Assembly: GCA_973895155.1 (NCBI GenBank)
Contig: OZ316898.1
Coordinates: 9,411,079-9,475,078, forward strand
Direction of reading: 5' to 3'
Origin: Marsupella aquatica
Lineage: Eukaryota > Plantae > Marchantiophyta
Length of the DNA stretch: 64,000 nt
Shown piece after piece: positions 1 through 13,950 of this stretch. The translations under genes were made by a program, and so were the position numbers. Under the pieces are notes generated by a model. That model did not search any database, was not told the DNA's origin, and worked only from the letters and a program-made list of their open reading frames with translations. Within the stretch, counting starts at the first letter, position 1. Each line of letters starts with the position of its first letter.

Positions 1-3000
1 CCAGAGCACAAAAAGCGAAGAGCCACAACCACAAAGTGGCTCTCCGTGAGACCTGACGAGCCAAGATTCAGCGCCCTCTTTTTCTTCGAGAGGCCCGCAG
101 CAGCGGCGGAGGTCTTACAGCAATCCTCCGGGCGGCCCAAGCATCGCGGATCGAAGAAAAGCACGACGATTTTGCAGACGTGATGTCGCAAGAACCTCAG
201 AAGAGCGAGCGCAATTGCGTTATTGCGACGAGGAGCGCAGCAGACAGATTGCAAAGACGGGAAAACAGGAGGAAAGACGGAAAGAGCGCCACCAATGTGA
301 GCGACAAAAATAATGAGCGAAGGAGAAAAAGCGAAGGCTACATTCGTTTCTAGTAGTGTCCAGAGACCTCTAGACTCTAGACGGCCCCGACTCTTTATCG
401 TCGCTACCAGCCTAAGGCCTCGGACGACTCTAACGACGGACCTTACCGCTTTTCAGGAGTCAGAACTCAGAACGCCCAGACCCACTAACAGCCGGTCTTC
501 CGGTCGTTCTTAACCGACCTTCCGGGACAGCTGCTGACCACCGTCCCCGGTCTCCCGGTCGCGTGGCGACTCGCTCCTCGTTACGTCTCACCGACTACCG
601 TCTGATGGGTTCCCGGTTTCCCGGTCGCGCTGCCGGTCGCGCCGGTAGCCGCGGCTTTGAGCTTCCCATCCGCCGGTGGGTCGCTCGCCCGATGCAACGA
701 CGCTGTACACGTGTCCGGCACTGTTCGTGTGTGAAGTGGCATTCCTTCTTCGCCTTTTGGGGCCCGCACTTCTGTGGGGGGTGGCACCGCTTTTCTTTTT
801 TGTCGTTCTGTGCCTTTAGACTGTTTGGCCACAACAAACTTGTTTCAATTGGGCCTCTCAAAACTAGTGCAGTTTATTGGGTCAGCTCCAATGGGAGATT
901 TGTGTCGTTGACCACACTGAAACCTAACTTTAAGGTAAACTTAACCAGAGGGTTTTGGGTCACAACACCCACTGGCTTCACCATGTTTGTTTTCAGAGCA
1001 CCAACAATTCTTGAAGGGGGCTCATGCATTTTCTAGTACAATTTTTTTGCTGTGGGTGCCAGTGCACTGACACCGGAGTAGTGGCAACATCATTTTTTTG
1101 GAATAGCAGATATTTTGCCTACTGCCGAGTCTGGGGCATTCTGGTCACTGGAAACCTCCATGGACCAACTGGTTTGAGATGCCATAATATCTTACTATAT
1201 AATGGCAACCCAGAAGCTACTTTTAAAGGGCAACTGTCTAGAGTGAAACCTCTAGAGAATAACTCAAATAAGGACAAAATGTATAATGACTCTGAATAAG
1301 ACAAATCTAAAAGGTGCACAAAAAAATTGATATGCAAAGATAAAAGAAAAGAGTATAAATTTTATTTTATTTTTCATTTTTTTGTTTTCAATTCTATTTA
1401 AGTCAGGCTAGTAGTTATAATCATGTGTCTAAGGTTAACCTGGTGTCATCAGTTAGCCAAGAAAAGAGTAACAATAAACACTCAACTACCCTTCAGGACT
1501 GTAGTTACCTCACCAAAACTCAGGTTGGGTTAACCAAGGGCTCTTTTGGATATGATTTTTGTTCTGCATGTATATCTTCTGTTCATTGTTTTCCATACTC
1601 TTGGGAGTATTTGGCCAAAAGAAAATGTTTCAATTTGTTCCCCAGAAAGGTCAATTTTGTTCATCTGTCCTTTTCATACAATTGATTGGTATTTTAAATC
1701 TAGGTACACTAAAAAGCAAAACTATAAATTGAGATAGCATCCAATCTATAACTTTTTGCAGTCACAAGTTTTGTCTGCTCACATGAGATCTATACAAATT
1801 TTTAAAAGTGTACGTTTTACCTAAAACAATATGAATTTGAAGTAACATATTGCGATTTTAATGTACAGAACAGTTTGGGACCTTGTACGTTTAAAAGTTT
1901 GGATGAGCTCCCATCCTAGCTTTTGACTCTTTAAAACAGAGCATAAGGAAAAGTGTGCACACGTAAGATGATTGAAAGTGCTTATGGAGCTCAAGCTCGA
2001 GCAACTAATAGTCAATCTCTCATAGTTGGTGCTAGTGTGCCTTCGCAGAGGCTTGCCCCACTAGAGAACATTCCTGTCATACTTGCAGATTTAATTAAGA
2101 CACTATATGTGTACTATTAGCTCTAGCTGATTTACTTTAGATGTGTACATCAGTCCATCCCTCTAGTGCAGTGCTAGCAAAATTCCCCTTTCTTTTATCC
2201 TTTTTCCCTTAGGGTTGCACTGTCTTGCTTCTTTTGCACTTGTCCTCTTTGGATTTCTTTTTGTTTGCTTTGCATTGTACTTTGTTTGGCCCTTCCTGTT
2301 CAATATATTTTTCTTTCATTATGGAAGATGATAAGGAAATTTTGCACGTGTATTTTTAGATGTATGATAGCACCACAAAAATCAGGCCTTTAAATGAATT
2401 TTAAACAGGATTGCCATCTTGGGAACTTTCATTTCCAAAAGAGATATTATGGTGCATCGTAGCTATCGCGCACGAAATGCAAACTCACTATGGCGGCATG
2501 TGAATAGCCTAGTCACCAATGAGATCCTTCATCCTCTCTCTTTCTTGTCTTTCTAAAGGGTGGCTTTACACTAAGTCAGCCCCATTGCTTCTTTTTTCCT
2601 TCTCATATTAAATCTAGACATAGAATGAGTGGAAATGGCCACATTTGGATTTACAAAAACTCAGAGACTTATTCAACACTTAGATATTGTCTCTGACCAT
2701 CCTTCATGATAAACAGTGGGCCAAGGAAATGCTGATGTGGAGAGTTTGCTTTGTCTAGATTTAAGACCAATTCCGGCATTGGCCCTAACCTTTCCAAACA
2801 TTGGCTCTTTCATATGAGAGACTGATGTTATTGAGCTTTGTTTCAAAAGATATTTTGTTTGGAGTTTATAGTTAGAATGAGAAGTGGCACTCCAGTTTGC
2901 TTCCGTGTAAAAATGTCCCAAGTGCCCCCCGTATCCTGTATAAAGTCACTCTAAGGCAAAATTGAAGCTGTGGAAATAGCTTGAAAGCAAATCACTCAGT

Positions 3001-3665
3001 TTCTATTTAGTGATAAAATTTCTACAAACTACCAAGAGCCTAGCCAAGAGCCTGTAGATAACGTAACAAGAATCGGATGGGAACCAGAGTGGACATTTGT
3101 GGCATAAACCTTCTTCCTCCCCTCTATACTACTAGCCTGGTTGAGTGCCTGATCTTTGAATGGAACTAGAGGTGTTTTGGTAATTGCACAAAAATAACAC
3201 AGCCAAATACATAGTTGGAATAACACTTAATGAATTGAAAAGAATGATTGGGTTTATCATGATATTGAGTGACATGTACACTGTCTATATATTATCACAT
3301 TTTTATCTACAATTACCAGGCTGTGAAATAGAATGAACACTTCAAGTACCCAGAGACTCACCTTGCCCAAGTCTCCAATTTCCCCACATCCCCCATATAG
3401 ACTTACCTTACACCAATCTCCAATTATCCCCTCACCCCCCAGATTTAGGGTTTAGAGGTTTCTTACTAGAAGGTGAACCTGGAAGAGTGCTTTCAATACC
3501 CATGTTGTAGTTTTGGAATTGCTAATTATGGTGATTTTATAGTTAGATTCACTAGTCTGTACCTTTTTAAACTCATATTGACTGTGGCAATTTTTTGTTT
3601 ACATCTTTTAGGCCACAAGGAGCAGAGCCCAAAACATTGACTCTAACATAGGGGAGATGGTCTTC

Positions 3666-4096
3666 TATCGTGCGCATACACATCGCTACATAACATACAT
3701 CGCATGTCACACACATTCAAACATAAACACAAACAACCATAAGAGAATAGGGTACAAGTGAAACTCATGTCCACACATCTCCAAAACCCACAATATCGAT
3801 GCCAACAATACACGATCAATCCGGCCTATTCCAATCACACACCTATGTCAAACTCAACGCACCTTGCACTCAAGGAATTGATGTTACATAAAAGGAGCTC
3901 TCAACCACCATAACCACAACTCAAGCTCCCCTCTCCAATACTCAACGTCAAAAGATAATCTTTCCATATATCACAATGGGAGAACTACTCTCCACACAAA
4001 CCCAACTGAACCCTATTGGCTCATATAACACACATACAAAACATATAAACTTAGATAGCATGATATACTATAATACTACCTAGAATGGTGTGAGCA
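3666..4096 (-). mobile_element. Diverged solo terminal repeat (X+Y unit) of the same retroelement family as 5606-15305
   Basis: Starts tatcgtgcgcatacacatcgctac, as at 5606. Aligns along its length with 5606-6021 apart from a ~25-bp extra segment, and ends ...aatggtgtgagca. No clear target-site duplication. Confidence 0.8.
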
Positions 4097-5605
4097 GGTA
4101 AAGCCATAGATCAAGATCTTGAAAACCCAAACCGAGTAAGGAGTCAACTACTCTATAATCTATCTCATATGTATATCCAATAACCAGAAAACCTGGTTAG
4201 TGGATTGAGTGAGTGGGTTGGACTTGACCTTTTAGATTTTCTTTACTGGGTTTGGTCAACACCCAATTATAGTAAACCCAGTTGGGTTGGAGATGCTCTG
4301 ACAAGGGGAAAATTTGGGGTCTCAAGTTCCCATTTAAGGAAACGAAAAACAAGTATAAAAGTCTCTCTTTTCTTGGGGTGGGGGTGCGAGGAGAACAGAA
4401 GGAAAGTGTCATTTTGCACACCTTCACAGAAAACAATGTTTGCATTATTGATTTGTTGATGTTGCTTAGATGCTTTACAATGGCCTGTTTTTGCTGCAAG
4501 GTGAACAAACACATAAACATTTTGAGAAGGCTCTATGGTCAAATGTTGAGGTGAAAAGTGGTAAGAAAGTGGCAGTGTCCACTACGACGCCCTAATTGAA
4601 CCCAGATTCATGCCACTTTCTTACCCCTCTTCTAGCTCAAAACTGAGGGTGGCTTTACAAGACATTAGATGCACACAGTCTTCTTTTTATTCCCTCTAAG
4701 ATTAATGTGGACAGTCTAAACAATTGGGAACAGCTGCAATTGGTTTTACAAGAAATGGGGGGTCATTTAGGTCAAGTGTCTATCAATCCTACATAGCAAG
4801 TAGTGTGGGTCCTACTAAATGTTAATGTGGAGTGCTTATTTGTCTGGAGGATTAGACCTTCCAACGTGGTCCAGATATTTTCAAACTTTGGCTCCTTCAT
4901 TACTTGTATTTATTGAAGTTCATTAAAATATCTTTGGTAAGGAATCTGTACGTAAGGTTATATGGAGCTCATCTGTCATGCTGAATCTACAATAGCGTTG
5001 TGTTCTAAATTCCATTCAAATGCATAGGATTAAGCTACAGTTACAGTAAGCTACTATAGGATACCTATATTTGCATTAGATCTATTTAAACATGCATTTT
5101 ATTGGATAATAATGCTAGGATAGACCAGAAAAGTGTGCATTTTTTGTTCAACGGAAAAGGTGCTATTTGAGGAATAAAAGGTTTGTGTGCTGTACATCGC
5201 ACAAATCCATTGAGGCGTTAGTTTCATTTTGTTTATGATGCTGTAGATTTAGAATAAAACGTTTTCATGGAAATAAGAGTCAGGATCCCATCCAAGTACA
5301 AAAGTTCAGACATCCATCCTACCTGAGCTTCTGGCCCTTGTACGGTAAGCAGCAGCCCAGCTTTCCAGTTTTCAACCACAGTTAATTTACTTCACTATGA
5401 AACAACATTATGTCAGCCGTTGATCTCCTCGATCTACCATCAGCCCATTATTCTTGCGTGCAAAGAGAGATGGTTTTCTCAAGAAAGCACAGTCTCCTCT
5501 TTGTAACCGCAAACTCCACAAGCACAAAACCTGGTTTAGTGCAAGGCATCTTGTTCTATGAGTTTGCATCATTTTGCACTATTTTAAAGCAAAACAGGTC
5601 TGAAA

Positions 5606-6161
5606 TATCGTGCGCATACACATCGCTACACAACATATATCGTTTGTCACACGTATCCAAACATAGTCACAATCCACTAACACAAACATAAGAGAATGGA
5701 GTACAAATAGAACCAATGTCCACACATGCCCAAAACCCACAATCCCGTCTGACGCGATCACACATATATGTCAAGCCCAACGCACCTTGTGCTTCAAGGA
5801 ATCCACGTTACATACACACAACCTCGTCAGCCACACCATAGCCACCAAGCTCATGCTCAAAGGCTCAACATTGAAAGATGAGGCCTTTGAGCCAACACAA
5901 GGGGATAACTATCCCTCACACCAACTCAAACTAAACACAAAGTGCTCATATAGCACACATACAAAACCTCTATACCCTGGATAGTACGATATACTTTACT
6001 ACCACTCTAAATGGTGTGACAGCTGTCGTGCGCATACACATCGCTACACAACATACATCGTTTGTCACACGTATCCAAACATAGTCACAATCCACTAACA
6101 CAAACATAAGAGAATGGAGTACAAATATAACCAATGTCCACACATGCCCAAAACCCACAAT
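5606..6161 (-). repeat. 3' terminal repeat block Y-gc-X-Y (element orientation)
   Basis: The two 138-bp Y copies differ at about 3 positions. The 278-bp X is about 95% identical by eye to 15028-15305. The Y/X junction is the palindrome gacagctgtc at 6018-6027. Confidence 0.9.
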
Positions 6162-6338
6162 TGCCCCCCTAGCTGGGAGTGAGGTCCCCTAACTCTAGCT
6201 AGCCATAAGTTCTACAAGGTTAATATACACTTAAAGTTGTAGGTGCAAAGATCAGGAGGCCGGGTGCAAGTGAGCCCCATCGATCACCTACCTGCAATCT
6301 ATATCTTCCACAAGAACACAAATGATAACTAGTCGGCA

Positions 6339-7592
6339 TCACCGACATTGAGGACAAAACCATGATCCGCTAGGAATCATGTGCAAGGGTGGTGTCAAAC
6401 ACGACATGTGCCATCCTCTAGAACACCTATCACAAATCAACATAGTAGCTGCTTCCTGAGCAGACCCACACAACATACACTTCAAGCTAGCACGAACATG
6501 TGCCAAGCTTGGATCCACAGTGCCATCAATGTTTGGAAGGTGACATGACGCACAATTACGCACGTGATCCTTCCAAACCATACCATCACGCCCTTCCAAC
6601 ATAAGGACTCCAGAAGGCAACACTTCACGCACACGCAAGATTGTCCGCCCTGCGGTCACATCAAGCGTTGTTGGTGCTGTCTGCTGCAAATAAACATAAT
6701 CGTCAGGATGAAATCTCCTAATCCTTGTGCGATAACCTCCTCCACGAATAGTAGCATACCGCAAAGTATCATGATGCTGGGCAATAGCAAGGTTGTCAAA
6801 GGCCATGGGCATGACTCTCTCAAAAACTTGTGCCCTCTCTAAACAAACCTCTACCCAAATATCTGGATCATCCAAATCCACAACAGTTGCAACATCACAA
6901 TGAATAGCCGCTGGCAAATCTGGCTCTCTACCATAGAGCAAGAAATAGGGTGAGAAGGATGCAAGTGATGCTTGTCGACTGAAACGGTAGCCCATAGCTA
7001 ACCAAGGCAGTTGGAGATCCCAGTCTCCCAAAATACCAACCTGCAAGCCATACTTGCACAATCCTCTCTTCATAGTTTGTACAACTCTCTCTGCCAATCC
7101 ATCTGCCTCAGGATGATCGCGAGAAGTAGTACAATGGTCAATCAGAGCTTGCTCACACAAACTCTCAAAATCTCCATGGAATTCCGTGCCCTGATCAGTC
7201 AACACCTCAGCTGGTGCTCCAAAGTGACTGAGTACACGATCCAAAAATGTGGCAGCAACTCCTCCACTAGCTTTATCTGGCAACGCGACTAGCTCAATCC
7301 ACTTGGAGAAATGCTCCACCATAACCAAAACATAACGGTTATGTCGTTGGGTGAGAGGCAATGGACCAGCAAAGTCCAAAATCCATCTGTACCCCAAACC
7401 CATGATTGGCAATGGATGCAATTGGGGAGTGGGAGCATTAAATGATGCTCGCACTTGATCACAAACCACACACTTAGCTATCAATTGCTGAACATCAGTG
7501 TGCATACCACACCACCAATACTGTGTCTGCAGCAAGCTATAAGTGCGCTTGACACCAAAGTGCCCTAACTCCTCGTGCGCATGTTGCACCAA
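6339..7592 (-). CDS. pol: DDE integrase with HHCC domain and C-terminal PHD finger (end of pol)
   Basis: H..GHFG...CVVC; ILDFAG / LTDQG / LAER catalytic residues; PHD CMLC...LICDRC..GWHMSCL...WFCPQC. Frameshifted relative to the RNase H segment. Confidence 0.93.
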   Translation of the reverse strand: MVQHAHEELGHFGVKRTYSLLQTQYWWCGMHTDVQQLIAKCVVCDQVRASFNAPTPQLHPLPIMGLGYRWILDFAGPLPLTQRHNRYVLVMVEHFSKWIELVALPDKASGGVAATFLDRVLSHFGAPAEVLTDQGTEFHGDFESLCEQALIDHCTTSRDHPEADGLAERVVQTMKRGLCKYGLQVGILGDWDLQLPWLAMGYRFSRQASLASFSPYFLLYGREPDLPAAIHCDVATVVDLDDPDIWVEVCLERAQVFERVMPMAFDNLAIAQHHDTLRYATIRGGGYRTRIRRFHPDDYVYLQQTAPTTLDVTAGRTILRVREVLPSGVLMLEGRDGMVWKDHVRNCASCHLPNIDGTVDPSLAHVRASLKCMLCGSAQEAATMLICDRCSRGWHMSCLTPPLHMIPSGSWFCPQCR

Positions 7593-7669
7593 TGTACTCG
7601 TTGTGATGGTTTTGGTATCACCAATACCTTACCATCACGTAGTACTCTCAAAAGATGGTTTCCTTCCCA

Positions 7670-8467
7670 TCAAAACCTCTTGGCTCTCTGTAGAACCCTG
7701 TCACGTTCCTTGGTATCAACACTGCCAACAATAGAACCACTACGTAGATATTCCAACACTATCACATCATTGTGAATATCTTGTTGTCCAGAAGTTACCT
7801 CACCAACATACACATCTGAAGACTCATCATCTACTTCATCCAATGAAGTAGAATCCACAGATCCACTGCATGCTGGAACCCAACAAAGGAAGGCAGATGT
7901 ATGCCATCCTGGCACCATCTCCTTATCTGACTCATCATGCCATCTGGCTCTAGTCTCATCCTGCTGACTGGTACATGGGTTGCGGCTCAATCCATCCGCA
8001 TCCAAGTTCACTTTTCCAGGTCTATGTACAACTTGGAAATCATATTCCTACAACAACAATGCCCATCTTGCAAGCTTCCCAGTAAGCTTGTCAGACTCCA
8101 TTAACCACTTGAGAGGCTGATGATCAGTGATCAAAGTGAAAGGATTACCAAACAAGTAACAGCGGAAATGTGCCACAGTCCACACTGCTGCCAAACACTC
8201 TCCCTCATAAGAGCTATACTTAGCCTCTGCTGAATTGTTTGATCTACTGGCATATGCCACAACAAACTCATGTCCTTCATCATCTTTCTGAGTTAGCACT
8301 GCTCCAAGTCCTACTCCACTCCAATCAGTGTGTAGCTGAAATGGTCTCCCTGAAATGGGTCTTCTCAAAATAGAGGATGATGCCAATCTTTCTTTCAACT
8401 CCTGAAAGGCATGCTCCTGATCATCACCCCAAATCCATTCCTGATCCAACTTAGTGAGTATGGTCAA
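7670..8467 (-). pseudogene. pol: Ty3/gypsy RNase H domain
   Basis: LHTDWSGVGLGAVLTQ, YSSYEGECLAAVW, ITDHQPLKWL and NLDADGLSR; in frame with RT, with stops. Confidence 0.93.
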
Positions 8468-8590
8468 AGGTTTAACAAGCTGGCTAAATCCTTTAACATA
8501 CCTCCTATACTAGCTCGCCAATCCCAAGAATGCACGAACTCTGCTCACATCAATAGGACGAGGAATCTGTGTAATGGCCTCCACTTTAGT

Positions 8591-9313
8591 CTATTGTACA
8601 CCCAATCCCTCTGGGTATATAGTGTGGCCCAAATACTCAATCTGTTCTTGGAAGAACTTATACTTGCCAGGATGGAGCTTCAATCCATGTTCCCTCAATC
8701 TCTCAAACACAATCTGCACGTGTTGTTGATGTTCTTCCACAGTAGAAGAATAAACCAAAATATCATCAATATAACATCTGACAAAATCCAAACCTGCAAG
8801 GATTCGATCCATGACTCTCTGAAACTCAGTTGGTGCATTCTTCAACCCAAATGGTAAGAACAACCACTGATACAAATGATCTTTGCCATAAGAATCAATT
8901 CCCCAGAATACTGTCTTGGACCTGTCAGAATGTCTGATTGGAAGCTGATGGTACCCTGCCCTCAGATCCAATGAACTAAAAACCTTTGCATGCCCCATTG
9001 CATCAAAGATATCCTCAAGTGTGGGCATGGCATATCGATCAGATTTTGTATGACGATTAATAGGTCGATAATCACCACACATGCGCCTGTCCGTGTAATT
9101 ACCATGCACATCCTTCTTGGCTGGCATCATTGTGGCAGATGCATACTCCCCGTATGAGATCTCCACCAAACTAGCCTCCAACAAATCCTGAGTTCTGCTT
9201 TGAATTAGAGCTCTCTCCATGTCACTATAACGGTATGGTCTACGAAAGATTGGCGCATCACTATCCAATTCAATCTGAATACCAGGGCCCTTCAATGTCC
9301 CCAAATCCTTCAT
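8591..9313 (-). pseudogene. pol: Ty3/gypsy reverse transcriptase domain
   Basis: RMCGDYRPIN, SLDLRAGYHQ, LPFGLKNAP, YIDDILVYS and YLGH motifs. Confidence 0.95.
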
Positions 9314-9493
9314 GCTGAATGCAAAACAATTCTAGTAACTCTTTAGGAATTGATGCATGCGACGTCTCTCATCCCCTGTCAACTTAGGACCAATCTGTGG
9401 CTCCCAACTCTCCACCAGATCCCTAATATTTTTTTGTAGGGTAGAAGAGATAGCCGATGATTGCTATTTAGCAGTAGATTGAGCAGTCTCTTC

Positions 9494-10573
9494 CTACTCA
9501 ACAATCTGTCTAGCCTTGGCCAATCCTGCCATAGGTCCATGGACTGTCATCATTGTCTCAGTGGACCGCAAGCTCACTAATGGACGATCAGTAACACCAG
9601 CAGAGCGCATCCGCAATTGTTCAGCTACTCCCAAGCTGATAATCCAAGTCAAGCAATTTAATTCCATGGCTTGACCAAGGACTTGGCGGCGTGAACTCTC
9701 TGACACCGAGGCAACTGTAGTAGTGTTTGTCAAAAATCCCATAGCACGCTCTCTTTCATCAGCAGTAGGCTCCACTAACTGTTGTAGAGCTGTATCCCAC
9801 ACAAGTCCAGGCCCACCTGCTCTAAATGCATATGAAGTAGAATGGCTCACAAAAGTGGGTAATGCACAACGCGGGCGACCAACTACATTGACCACTACCA
9901 ATGGAGGTTTGTCAGACTGGGTCACATGTTGTGCACAACGCCTTGGATCCAAAATATCATCCACCACCAAGGATGTTGAGCGAGGAATGCTATCAAATGC
10001 TCGCTTCAACACTTCACAAGGTAACAAATTAGTCCACCACAAGCGTGGACGATGTGCACGAGAACCCACACGTGCAGCATCCAATAACACAGCAGGTCCA
10101 ATCCAAGATCTGACCTGATGAACACTAGCAACAAGTCGATGATGCTCATCACCCAATAGTGGCACATTCTCCAAAATGTAGGTAGGGGAATGTGTTTGAT
10201 GTAACTGGAGATGACGCAATACCCGTAACATCTCTCAAAACAATGCAGAGCGTGGATCATGAAGTCCATGTCCAACTCCAGCTCTTGATTGGCCTTGACA
10301 TGGCCAACCAGCAATCACCAAATCAATGGGGCCAACGCGATCCAAATGATCCGCCCCCAGCAATGAAATATCAGTCGGCAATGCATGCTGATAGCCACGA
10401 ACAGCATCCACTAGCAACAACTGTGGATAACGGTCTACCAACATAGCCACATGGCGCAATGAGACTCTCCGTGTTGTCTCATCTGTCTCCACATACAAGT
10501 AACGACGCACAGGAATTCCTGCCTGAAGAACAGTAGCCAATCCAGTGCTAATTCCACCAAATAGATCGAGCAA
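9494..10573 (-). pseudogene. C5 cytosine DNA methyltransferase domain embedded in pol between protease and RT
   Basis: Motif I DLFGGI, II YVETD, IV LVIAGWPCQ, V DPRSALF, VI YILENVP, VIII AHRPRLWW, IX ERERAMGF, X RQVLGQAM. One internal stop at 10235; same frame as protease and RT. Confidence 0.93.
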
Positions 10574-10975
10574 ACAAATACCCTCTGGTGGATATTGTCA
10601 CGCAATAGGGGTGGTATCCAATGGTGAAAGAGTCACTGATCCACCTGTAGGAGATTGCTCTGCTCTTGACTGTGGTGTAAAAGCATGACGCCATGCATCA
10701 TGTACCAATTGTGCTGCCCTCTGCGGCAAGGCTGGTGCAGTACCCCATACTGGTGGCACAACACTAGTTGGATTGGGATCATCCCAATCCAGGTTGCTCC
10801 TTCGCACCATCTACTCCTCATGTGACTCCTCCACTGATGGAACATCTGCTGCATGTGCATTACCCTCCATCAAATCATCAGGATCAGTGATCACACCACT
10901 GAAGGCTGCCAAAAACAATAGTGTGGGTTTAGGGCCTCCCACAGGTCCACTAAATTGCACTGGCAACCTGCTCAA

Positions 10976-11446
10976 TCAAGCATCTCCTGACTGCCAATCA
11001 GGTCTATATGACACTGATTCATCCCAAAAATCAAGAATAAATCCCATGGGGTACAACACTGTACATCCCACCAACACATCATAAGACTCTGCCTTAGTCA
11101 AAATAGCTCGCGCCTGTATGTGGGAGCTATCCTTGGCATGACCCTCCTGAATCCTCAATTCAAGTGGTCGTCTGGTGATGTGTTGTGTGGGTGTAGGTCC
11201 CCCCAATGAAGTCTGAATAGGAAAGGGACACTCCTCCAGATCGTCTAGACGCAATGCCAATCCTCGTACCGCAGACTTACCCAACATCAAGGGCTGAGCA
11301 CCAATATCCAGTAACACTCTCTCTGGCTGGTATATGGCTCCAGTAGGCCCAACGAATTGAAAGATACCACTCTGATTATCCAATGACACAACACTAGGTT
11401 TAAACCTAGTCCTCTCAAATGCAGGGCGTGCTGGTAAATCCACCAA
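10976..11446 (-). pseudogene. pol: Retropepsin-like aspartic protease domain of pol
   Basis: VLLDIGA (a D-T/S-G variant) and YDVLVG; in frame with the downstream DNMT, RT and RH segments. Confidence 0.8.
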
Positions 11447-11852
11447 CCTTGCTGCTGCTGCATGCTAGGTCTCACTAGTAACAGTAGGTGGTGTCAACTT
11501 TTCTGCTCTAGAACTGCATGCTGCCTCTACACAAGAAGCCAAAACTGGAGTATCCTCGCATAATGTGGCTGCCAATCTGAACACATCACTTGGACCAACT
11601 CCCAAGTTCAGCATGTCTGTCGCTGAAAATAATGGGGTGCGCGCTATGGTCGTAGCCACCCCCAGCAAGGTACCTGTCATCCCTGCTGCATCACTACCTG
11701 ATTCTGCCAACTGATCCACACTAGGGTTTGTCCAAACCGGGTTCATAGAGGCAGTTTGAACTGTCTCTGATAATGTAAAAGATTGAGGAAGCTTTGTCTG
11801 CCGACGTGCATCCCCCCTCTGTGGATCTAGCTCCACTACTGCTCCTCGGGGC

Positions 11853-13334
11853 TCAAGAGCTTTTGCTGCCCCACGCATCAAAGATGTTGATGAATCCCAT
11901 AGTGGCAAGATCTCCATCAACCCCATAAGATGTGGAAGCCCCATAGGATGTAGAAGCCCCATCACCAGAAGCAGGTCTCACTTGAGAACTAGCCATAGCA
12001 GCTAGTTGTTGCTCCAATTGAGCAATCTTAGTATCCTTAGGATCTGTGGTCACAGCAGGAGCAGTATCACCTCCCTGCCTCGCTACATGTGGCATACCTC
12101 AGCCACGACCACCACCTCTACCTCCTCTTCCCTGATCATGTGTGCGTTGTCCTCCTCTCCGTAACTCAGGATGGAGTGAAAAAAATCTATCCTTGGTGTG
12201 TCCAGGAGCTCCACAATGATCACATTGTCGCTGATCAGGTGCTGAGGCCCCTCCTGACCCTCTATGATCAGGGCAATACCGCTGCGCATGATCCCCACCA
12301 CAGGTCCAACATCCAGACTGTTGTCCAACATAGGAAGACACAGGTCTCTGACTGGTAGATTCCCGTGCAATGGGCTTCTCCCTCTGACTCTTACGTGCAG
12401 TAGGCTGTGATGTGGGTGTAGATGCAGCCTTTGGTGCTTCCTTGGCAAACCCGGAAGTCACCACTTTCTCATTCACCATATTGAGCTCAATGCGCTCTGA
12501 AAGTGTAAAAACAACTGCCAATGTGGGATCTGCATCCCTAAGTAGAGTGACATCTCTCACTCTGCGTCGCAATTCTCTATCCAGAATTGCATACCAAAAT
12601 TGGACTGCCTGAGCCTCTGTCACTCCCTTAGTGACAGTGATCAATCTACGCATACGAGTGTATGCCTCACGTAGACTCTCTCCAGTCTTGCGCTAAAACT
12701 CTTGGAGACCCTTCAACTTATCAGTCCTCACACCCTGATAGTTTTGCTTTGATACTTCAAAGAACTCCACCACAGGGTTAAATATTGGCGTAACTCCAAC
12801 CCCCGTTACAACCGCATCGGTAGGAGTAGCGGTGGATGTTGTTGGAGTGGTACTGGTAGATGGTGTGCCACTCTGGCTAGTGCTGCTAGAAGAAGCAACA
12901 GCTGTAGCGATGGGTTGGGCAGCCGCTCTAGTGCCATAGGTGATGGACACATAATTAGGTGACCAATGTTGCCTCCATGCCTCAATCTCAACCAAATGAG
13001 CCTTCCAAAACTCATGGTAGTCATCCATGGGTGGCCCCTCCAAATGCTGAAATAATCCCTTCCATGCCATGAAAGGGGTAAACAACGTGGCATTACGTAA
13101 TGACTGCATATCGCACCACGTATCAAACTCCTGGATGAAGTCATCCAGATCAATCGTGCCAACTGCACCAGAGTATCGTCGTGGGCCCTTTGTAGCCCCG
13201 TACATCTCTTCCATGTCCCACAACAAAGGTGAAATCACCTGATGACAAGGAGAACTGGTCATAGAGTCCTCGTCATAATCACAATCTGAAGCTGCATTTG
13301 CAATTGTTATCATTGTTGTTGGCCGAAAGGGCAC
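11853..13334 (-). pseudogene. gag: Retrotransposon gag with two Zn knuckles (premature stops)
   Basis: ORFs 12693-13334, 12099-12653 and 11853-12095 share one frame and are split by single stops. Motifs: F*RKTGESLREAY, CWTCGGDHAQRYC and CDHCGAPGHTKDRF. Confidence 0.85.
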
Positions 13335-13950
13335 CCCACTTCGAGTGAAATCGGTCCTCTGTTCCTCAGACAGTCCCGTAGCACCCGAAGAATCCGTGAT
13401 GATAAATCTACCCTAAATCATCACCATCACCTTCATAATAGGCTTCACAATGCCCCAAGGTTGTAGCTAAGAATCCATGCAAAATTAATCCAATCTATGC
13501 ATCTAGATGGATTCAGAAGTATCCAAAACCTCTTTGATTTGGCCCAAAATAGGTCTCTAGACAAACTAATAAGTGTATAAAGCCCCATGGCCCTTTAACT
13601 TAGACAACAAGTTGTGAAAGCTTGTGTGTACACTGCATGCCATAAGAACTCCATGGTTAAGCACGCGCAGGAGGAATAGCTTTGGGATGGGTGACCTCCC
13701 CCCTTGGAGTTATGCACCAACTTAGGCACTCCAAACCAACCAATTGTCAACTACTCCTCACGTACCAACAAGCGACCTTGCGGCCTGCTCTGGTCTGGCT
13801 CTTGTTCCGCCCTCATGCCCCTCGTCACGAGTCGCTTTGAAACGCCGAGATGAGCCTGAGGGAGCCCTTCACACCCGCCACACTTCGCTACGTCGGGGTG
13901 AACCTCCAATTCAAATCCATTCAATAGTCATCCGAACGCCCGGTCCACAA

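Noticed and set aside
1-1300. GC-rich ORFs at the window start
   Set aside because: Overlapping low-complexity ORFs with no recognisable domain; possibly a transposon end or promoter.
11853-11965. Programmed gag-pol frameshift site
   Set aside because: A frame change exists, but no slippery heptamer is evident and the copy has other lesions, so mutation cannot be excluded.
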